DNA from: a virus
Lineage: Duplodnaviria; Heunggongvirae; Uroviricota; Caudoviricetes
Virus record (IMG/VR): IMGVR_UViG_2923318301_000004
Direction: 5' to 3' (one strand)
DNA: 24,630 nt
Below are positions 20,402 through 24,630 of this stretch, in pieces (within the stretch, counting starts at the first letter, position 1; the number at the start of each line of letters is the position of its first letter). Under the pieces are notes generated by a model, which saw only the letters and a program-made list of their open reading frames with translations, was not told the origin of the DNA and did no database searches. Position numbers and translations under genes: made by a program.

Positions 20402-20781
20402 ACTTCCCCCTGATACAACGTCACACCGGTACTGCAGAAGTCATCAAAGGCCGCCGGAAGCGTGCGGTACATCTCCGCCATCACTTCACAGCCGCGCGCG
20501 GTCAGTACCGGCGGCGCGGTCAGCAGTGACGGCTCCAGCATGTCAGTCAGCAGTGCCAGCGCGGCAGCGGCGCCCTGTGCTTCGCCGTACTCGTTAATCA
20601 GTACGCACTCGATATGCAGCGCAATGGCCATTTCAATACGCTCCACCGTCAGGCTGTGCGGACCATACTGATCACTGCCAGTTTCGTTCAGCATTTTCTG
20701 CCGCCATGCTGAAGCAATAGCCCGCCGGTAAAGCGCGGTGGTCATTTCTGCCGGGAAAATGGAAACCTGCGGCTGGTTCAT
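20398..20781 (-). CDS. Hypothetical protein (P4-like left-operon gene preceding alpha)
   Basis: 127-aa ORF whose stop overlaps the alpha start (ATGA); position corresponds to the epsilon/orf151 region of P4; no motif recognised. Confidence 0.45.
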   Translation of the reverse strand: MNQPQVSIFPAEMTTALYRRAIASAWRQKMLNETGSDQYGPHSLTVERIEMAIALHIECVLINEYGEAQGAAAALALLTDMLEPSLLTAPPVLTARGCEVMAEMYRTLPAAFDDFCSTGVTLYQGEV

Positions 20782-21062
20782 CTGGCACCTCCTTCAATCA
20801 GTGCGCAGCTGTGTGCAATATCCGTCAAATCTGCCAGCAGGTACTCCATCAGCGCGGCGACACCATGCGCACAGCCAGCGTCCAGTGCTCCGGCCTGAGA
20901 CGGGTATTCAGAAAAGAGAAGCTGGAGCATGTCGCAGGCATTTCTTGCGCGGGTCAGTTTTCCGAAACTGTCCTCTGACAACCCATAGGCAAAAGCACCG
21001 GTATTGTGTTTTTCAGGCAAAGTGTGGCCCTGAGCACCGTTGTGCCCGTTTGAAATATTCAT
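20778..21062 (-). CDS. Hypothetical protein
   Basis: 94-aa ORF, 4-nt overlap with the downstream ORF (translational coupling); no motif recognised. Confidence 0.4.
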   Translation of the reverse strand: MNISNGHNGAQGHTLPEKHNTGAFAYGLSEDSFGKLTRARNACDMLQLLFSEYPSQAGALDAGCAHGVAALMEYLLADLTDIAHSCALIEGGAR

Positions 21063-21093
21063 CGTGGATTACTCCGTTTTCAGCGGTATTTTG

Positions 21094-21453
21094 TCAGAGA
21101 AACTTTGAATAGTGACCGTCGTCAGGCTCAGCAGAACGCCGTATGCTACGCTCCCGCCAGCGGATAAATAGCACAGACGGATGCAGTGTCAGCGGGCCGG
21201 AACCACTACCGCCAGCAGGAGCTGGTGCAGGCTTCAAGAGCGGTACATCAAACAGGCGCGTATACCGCTGTTCAAACCATGCCAGAGGGCAGGAAGAAAG
21301 CTGGTTGTCGCTGTCATGACGTATCAGCACTTCACAGCTGAATTCAGGATTAACCAGCGCCACAGAGGGCGAGGCTTCTATTAATCGGATAATCGTGACC
21401 GTCCAGCCACGTTCATGCTGCCAGCGTTCGCCGGGGTGCGGATAATTACGCAT
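21094..21453 (-). CDS. Hypothetical protein
   Basis: Start taken at ATG 21453 (MRNYPHPGERW...), which overlaps the stop of the upstream small ORF (ATGCGTAA); the ORF track begins 10 codons earlier. Confidence 0.4.
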   Translation of the reverse strand: MRNYPHPGERWQHERGWTVTIIRLIEASPSVALVNPEFSCEVLIRHDSDNQLSSCPLAWFEQRYTRLFDVPLLKPAPAPAGGSGSGPLTLHPSVLFIRWRERSIRRSAEPDDGHYSKFL

Positions 21454-21622
21454 GTTCACCTCCGCAGGGAATGCGCCCGGCAAAGCTCAGTACATAGTCC
21501 GGGGCAAGTCTGCGCCGCGCTGACCGCTCGTTATCTGCGGTGATCCTTAACATCACAGGACGGGCATTGCGTTGACTGCGGTTGATCGCCGCAAATAACC
21601 AGGTACACTTCTGTTTAGCCAT
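21446..21622 (-). CDS. Hypothetical small protein (58 aa), first gene of the alpha operon
   Basis: ATG at 21622 preceded by GAGGTAACGAAG; this frame is the 3' part of a longer 244-aa ORF on the track that I consider spurious upstream of this start. Confidence 0.4.
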   Translation of the reverse strand: MAKQKCTWLFAAINRSQRNARPVMLRITADNERSARRRLAPDYVLSFAGRIPCGGEHA

Positions 21623-21695
21623 CTTCGTTACCTCATTTAGCGGATTGGTCAGAAGCCCGGTTAGTGTTGCTGCACTGTCGGGCTTCGCACTCACA

Positions 21696-21793
21696 AGGTG
21701 AATCGCACCTTTAATTTTAAAGCTACCCTTAAGTGAATCGCACTTCAAGCTTTTTATTATCATTTTTTTTGCATATACTGAATCGCACCTAAC
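21696..21793. promoter_or_regulatory. Divergent promoter region with three copies of the near-palindromic motif (G)TGAATCGCAC(C)
   Basis: TGAATCGCAC at 21699, 21734 and 21779; the third copy sits between a TATACT -10-like hexamer (21774-21779) and the RBS of the plus-strand small gene. Confidence 0.45.
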
Positions 21794-21809
21794 GCGAGGA
21801 GATCCAGTA

Positions 21810-21995
21810 ATGGCAACGAGTTCAACTAACAACAAGTCGCAGCAACTTAATGCTCGTTTCCCACATGATGTAGTTGCAGAATTAGAAAGCAACCTTGAAG
21901 ATGGAGAAACGAAAGCGCAATTCATTGTTACGGCTGTAAAAGGCGAGATTAAACGCCGACAGCGCAGGAAAAATAAGCCAGAGCAAGGTAGTTGA
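21810..21995 (+). CDS. Small putative DNA-binding regulator (61 aa), divergent from the alpha operon
   Basis: ATG with AGGAGA RBS 7 nt upstream; basic C-terminal tail (KGEIKRRQRRKNK); possible ribbon-helix-helix. Function inferred only from size, charge and position. Confidence 0.45.
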   Translation: MATSSTNNKSQQLNARFPHDVVAELESNLEDGETKAQFIVTAVKGEIKRRQRRKNKPEQGS

Positions 21996-22057
21996 ATAGA
22001 GAAGCCAACAGACGTTCTCTCTGTTTCCATGTTAATTTCAGTAAGCGACAATATTTT

Positions 22058-22091
22058 TAAGCCCACAAATTCATTATGTCGGGCTTTTTTA
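22058..22091 (+). terminator. Putative intrinsic terminator after the 61-aa gene
   Basis: AAGCCC...(16-nt loop)...GGGCTT followed by TTTTATT; the loop is long, so this is tentative. Confidence 0.35.
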
Positions 22092-22322
22092 TTAGTGATT
22101 TTCATATCGCTCACCACGAGAGGCATATATTTGCTCTTGAATCCAGTGATCCACTTCGCTTTCAACAAATGAAATTGCACGAGTTCCTATTTTCACCGGA
22201 CGGGGAAATGTATTGTTTGCAAGCTGTTTGTAAAGCCATGCCTTGCTACGCTGAACGCGTCTTAAGACCTCTTTTGCTGAGATAAGAGTCTGATTATCTG
22301 AAAAGCTGTTTGCATATTCCAT
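22092..22322 (-). CDS. alpA: AlpA/Vis-family phage regulatory protein (excisionase-like winged HTH)
   Basis: MEYANSFSDNQTLISAKEVLRRVQRSKAWLYKQLANNTFPRPVKIGTRAISFVESEVDHWIQEQ matches the AlpA/P4 Vis pattern; start placed at ATG 22322 (GGAGT RBS 8 nt upstream) rather than the track's 22367. Confidence 0.7.
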   Translation of the reverse strand: MEYANSFSDNQTLISAKEVLRRVQRSKAWLYKQLANNTFPRPVKIGTRAISFVESEVDHWIQEQIYASRGERYENH

Positions 22323-22699
22323 CTTGTTACTCCGTGTTCTACTTAAGTTCACGGTGACTTTAAACACTGGGAAAAAGTGATTCTAGTGATAATGGAATCT
22401 ATTAAGACAAATATTGATTCTATTGAAAAACAATAATCTCCACTGAAAAAAGAAGTAATATTCATATGAAAGAACACGGAGAGAAGGAAATGCACAAAAA
22501 AAAACAAAATCAATAGAATTCATATGGATAGGATGGAAAATCAAAAAATCATATGTCAAAAGGTATTATTGCATTTTAACGATTCATATTACCTAGGAAT
22601 TAGCACAGTATTACACCATATTACATCGTATTACCCCCTATAGCCCGTTAGAGCCTCTTGTGGCCCTTCTATTGAGAGATAGCCAGAAAATTAATAAAT

Positions 22700-23338
22700 T
22701 TACTCTCCGTATTTTATAATGTCTTTCCCAAGCTTTATTTTCTTATAAAACGTAGCTTTTTTAACCCCTTTCATTAGAATCTCATTCTCATTACAAAAAG
22801 AAACAATATCATTATATATAACACTATTATCGCTATAACTTACCTTTCCATGTCTCTTAAGCAATTCAATTAGTAAATAAATTAATTTACAACTATAATT
22901 ATCCTCATCATCTTTTCTGTACTGCCCTCTACCATTACTCCTTAATTTTTTACCAACTTCATATAATTCACTTCCTCCTAACGTCATTAGAATATCACTC
23001 CAATCTTTATTTTTTACCTGTTGTCGTAATGCGTTCTCAATTCTCTCCTTAATCTCCACAGGTACAATACCTTCCCTCTGAAAGATATAAGCGGCAGTTA
23101 ATAATAAGTTCGCCTCCACTTTTTGCGTGGCGGATACGTTTTTATATTCATTAATTAATTGTAGATTTCTGGTTATTGCCTTTCTTAATCTAATAACCTC
23201 TTTTAATTGAACCTCAGTCAATTCATCATTTTCGGTATCATAGTCAAAACCATTCATAGCAAGCGCCACTTCGTGTGGCGTTATGTAAGTTAACCTATTA
23301 AAATAAAACAAATTATTATCAAATTGAGTATTATTCAT
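22700..23338 (-). CDS. Hypothetical protein, AT-rich orphan gene between int and alpA
   Basis: 212-aa ORF with markedly AT-rich, Lys/Asn/Ile/Tyr-rich composition unlike the flanking integrase and P4 core genes; no family recognised. Confidence 0.6.
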   Translation of the reverse strand: MNNTQFDNNLFYFNRLTYITPHEVALAMNGFDYDTENDELTEVQLKEVIRLRKAITRNLQLINEYKNVSATQKVEANLLLTAAYIFQREGIVPVEIKERIENALRQQVKNKDWSDILMTLGGSELYEVGKKLRSNGRGQYRKDDEDNYSCKLIYLLIELLKRHGKVSYSDNSVIYNDIVSFCNENEILMKGVKKATFYKKIKLGKDIIKYGE

Positions 23339-23367
23339 TTAAATCTCTCCGCAGCCCCCAATGGTAA

Positions 23368-24630
23368 TTATTTTCCATGCATACGCGCAAAATCATATGG
23401 TGTGACAGATCCATTCTTATTAGCATCAATATAATCAGCCCACCACTGCAGCATTAATCTTCTTTCTTCAAGATATTCGGAAGTATGCATATATGAACCT
23501 TTCACATTTTTTCGTTCAACGTGGCTTAACTGTCTTTCAATGGCATCATCATTCCATAGTTTCGACTCACTTAGCGCACCACGCGCCATAGTTCTAAACC
23601 CATGACCACATACTTCAGTTTTCGTATCATATCCCATTACACGTAAGGCGTTATTTACTGTATTTTCACTCATTACTTTTTTAGGATCATGATCGCTGGG
23701 AAATATAACCTCACCTTTACCACTCAAGGCATGTAAACGTTTAAAAATATCAAATGCTTGTTTGCTAAGCGGAACAATATGTTCAGTTTTCATCTTCATC
23801 CCACGCTCAGAGTGTTTTACGCCGGGAATAGGCTTACGAATTCCGGGTATTGTCCACTCGCTTCGTTCAAAGTTAACCTCACTCCAGCGAGCAAAACGCA
23901 TCTCACTTGAACGTATAAATGTGAGTAGCGTTAATTCAACGGCAAGCCGTGTCATTAGTCGCCCTTTATAGCGTGATAGTCTTTCAAGAAGCTCAGGGAT
24001 TCTTTTTGGGGGTAGTGCTGGGTGGTGGGTTGCTTTAACGCTTAAAAGCGCTCCAGCCATATCGCATGCAGGATTTGATTCAAGGAGGTCATTCTGCACA
24101 CCAAAACGCATAATTGCGGTTACGCGCTGCATCAGTCGCTGCGCGACATCATGTTTACCCGCCGTATCGACAGCTTTGATTGGATTGAGAAGCTGGCTGG
24201 TTCTCAACGTTCTGGCATCGATTTGACCTATCGAGGGGAAAATATACTGCTCAAGTGTCAGCAGAACACGACGGCTATGATCTTCGCTCCAAGTAAGGTT
24301 ACTTGCGTGCCATTGCCTTGCGATAGTTTCAAATAAATATGCCCCCTCAATTTCAGCTTGTGCCCCCTTTTGCTCAGCTTTGGGGTCAATACCCTGAGAC
24401 AACAATTTCTTTGCTGCATCGCGCTTACCCCGCGCTTCAGCCAAAGTGACCGTCGGGTATACACCAAAAGCGAGTCGATCTTCCTTTTTGTCAGAGGGGC
24501 GGCGATATTTCATGCGCCAGTACTTAGAACCTTTAGGGGAGACCTCAAGATACAAACCGCCTCCATCAGCCATTTTATAAGCTTTCTCTTTCGGCTTTGC
24601 GGTCTCTATCTGGCGAGCGTTGAGTTTCAT
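23368..24630 (-). CDS. int: P4-type tyrosine integrase (intact, 420 aa); start codon at the window edge
   Basis: N-terminal AKPKEKAYKMADGGGLYLEVSPKGSKYWRMKYR... and C-terminal catalytic region (HGFRTMARGAL...; ...YMHTSEYLEERR) typical of the P4/IntA family. Confidence 0.9.
   Translation of the reverse strand: MKLNARQIETAKPKEKAYKMADGGGLYLEVSPKGSKYWRMKYRRPSDKKEDRLAFGVYPTVTLAEARGKRDAAKKLLSQGIDPKAEQKGAQAEIEGAYLFETIARQWHASNLTWSEDHSRRVLLTLEQYIFPSIGQIDARTLRTSQLLNPIKAVDTAGKHDVAQRLMQRVTAIMRFGVQNDLLESNPACDMAGALLSVKATHHPALPPKRIPELLERLSRYKGRLMTRLAVELTLLTFIRSSEMRFARWSEVNFERSEWTIPGIRKPIPGVKHSERGMKMKTEHIVPLSKQAFDIFKRLHALSGKGEVIFPSDHDPKKVMSENTVNNALRVMGYDTKTEVCGHGFRTMARGALSESKLWNDDAIERQLSHVERKNVKGSYMHTSEYLEERRLMLQWWADYIDANKNGSVTPYDFARMHGK

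Noticed and set aside
21446-22180. 244-aa minus-strand ORF spanning the divergent promoter and the antisense of the 61-aa gene
   Set aside because: It crosses the operator-repeat region and runs antisense to a plus-strand gene that has a good RBS; the translation is low-complexity (Ser/Leu/Arg-rich). Only its last 58 codons, with their own RBS and ATG at 21622, look like a gene.

Overview
This window reads as an IS-riddled enterobacterial (E. coli/Shigella-like) accessory region joined to a P4-like satellite prophage whose variable 'hotspot' carries a retron. Nothing here was searched against a database; all family names rest on sequence motifs I recognise and on gene order. Left to right: a short 5' gene fragment cut by IS1 (144-911); an IS600-like IS3-family element with an in-frame fused transposase (1189-2435); a BetT-like BCCT transporter and a DUF2254-like membrane protein; an IS3 copy (6133-7390) inserted with a 3-bp duplication exactly at the start codon of a TetR-family gene; that gene is cut at its 3' end by an IS21-family remnant, which is in turn cut by IS629 (8075-11654); IS629 orfB is split by a 2270-bp group II intron (8870-11139) encoding a reverse transcriptase/maturase; IS629 abuts a frameshifted P4-type integrase pseudogene. 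From about 12.95 kb to the window end, everything is on the minus strand: a degenerate leuX-3'-end-like att remnant, then a low-GC retron (structured ncRNA, nucleoside-deoxyribosyltransferase-like effector, RT with NAxxH/VTG/YADD motifs), then ogr/delta, psu, sid, an iteron cluster, a P4 alpha-like primase-helicase, four small ORFs, an operator-bearing divergent promoter with a small plus-strand regulator, an AlpA/Vis-like gene, an AT-rich orphan gene and an intact P4-type integrase running to the window edge. The most interesting item is the retron in the psu/delta-to-att hotspot; whether this particular retron is previously undescribed cannot be decided without database searches.
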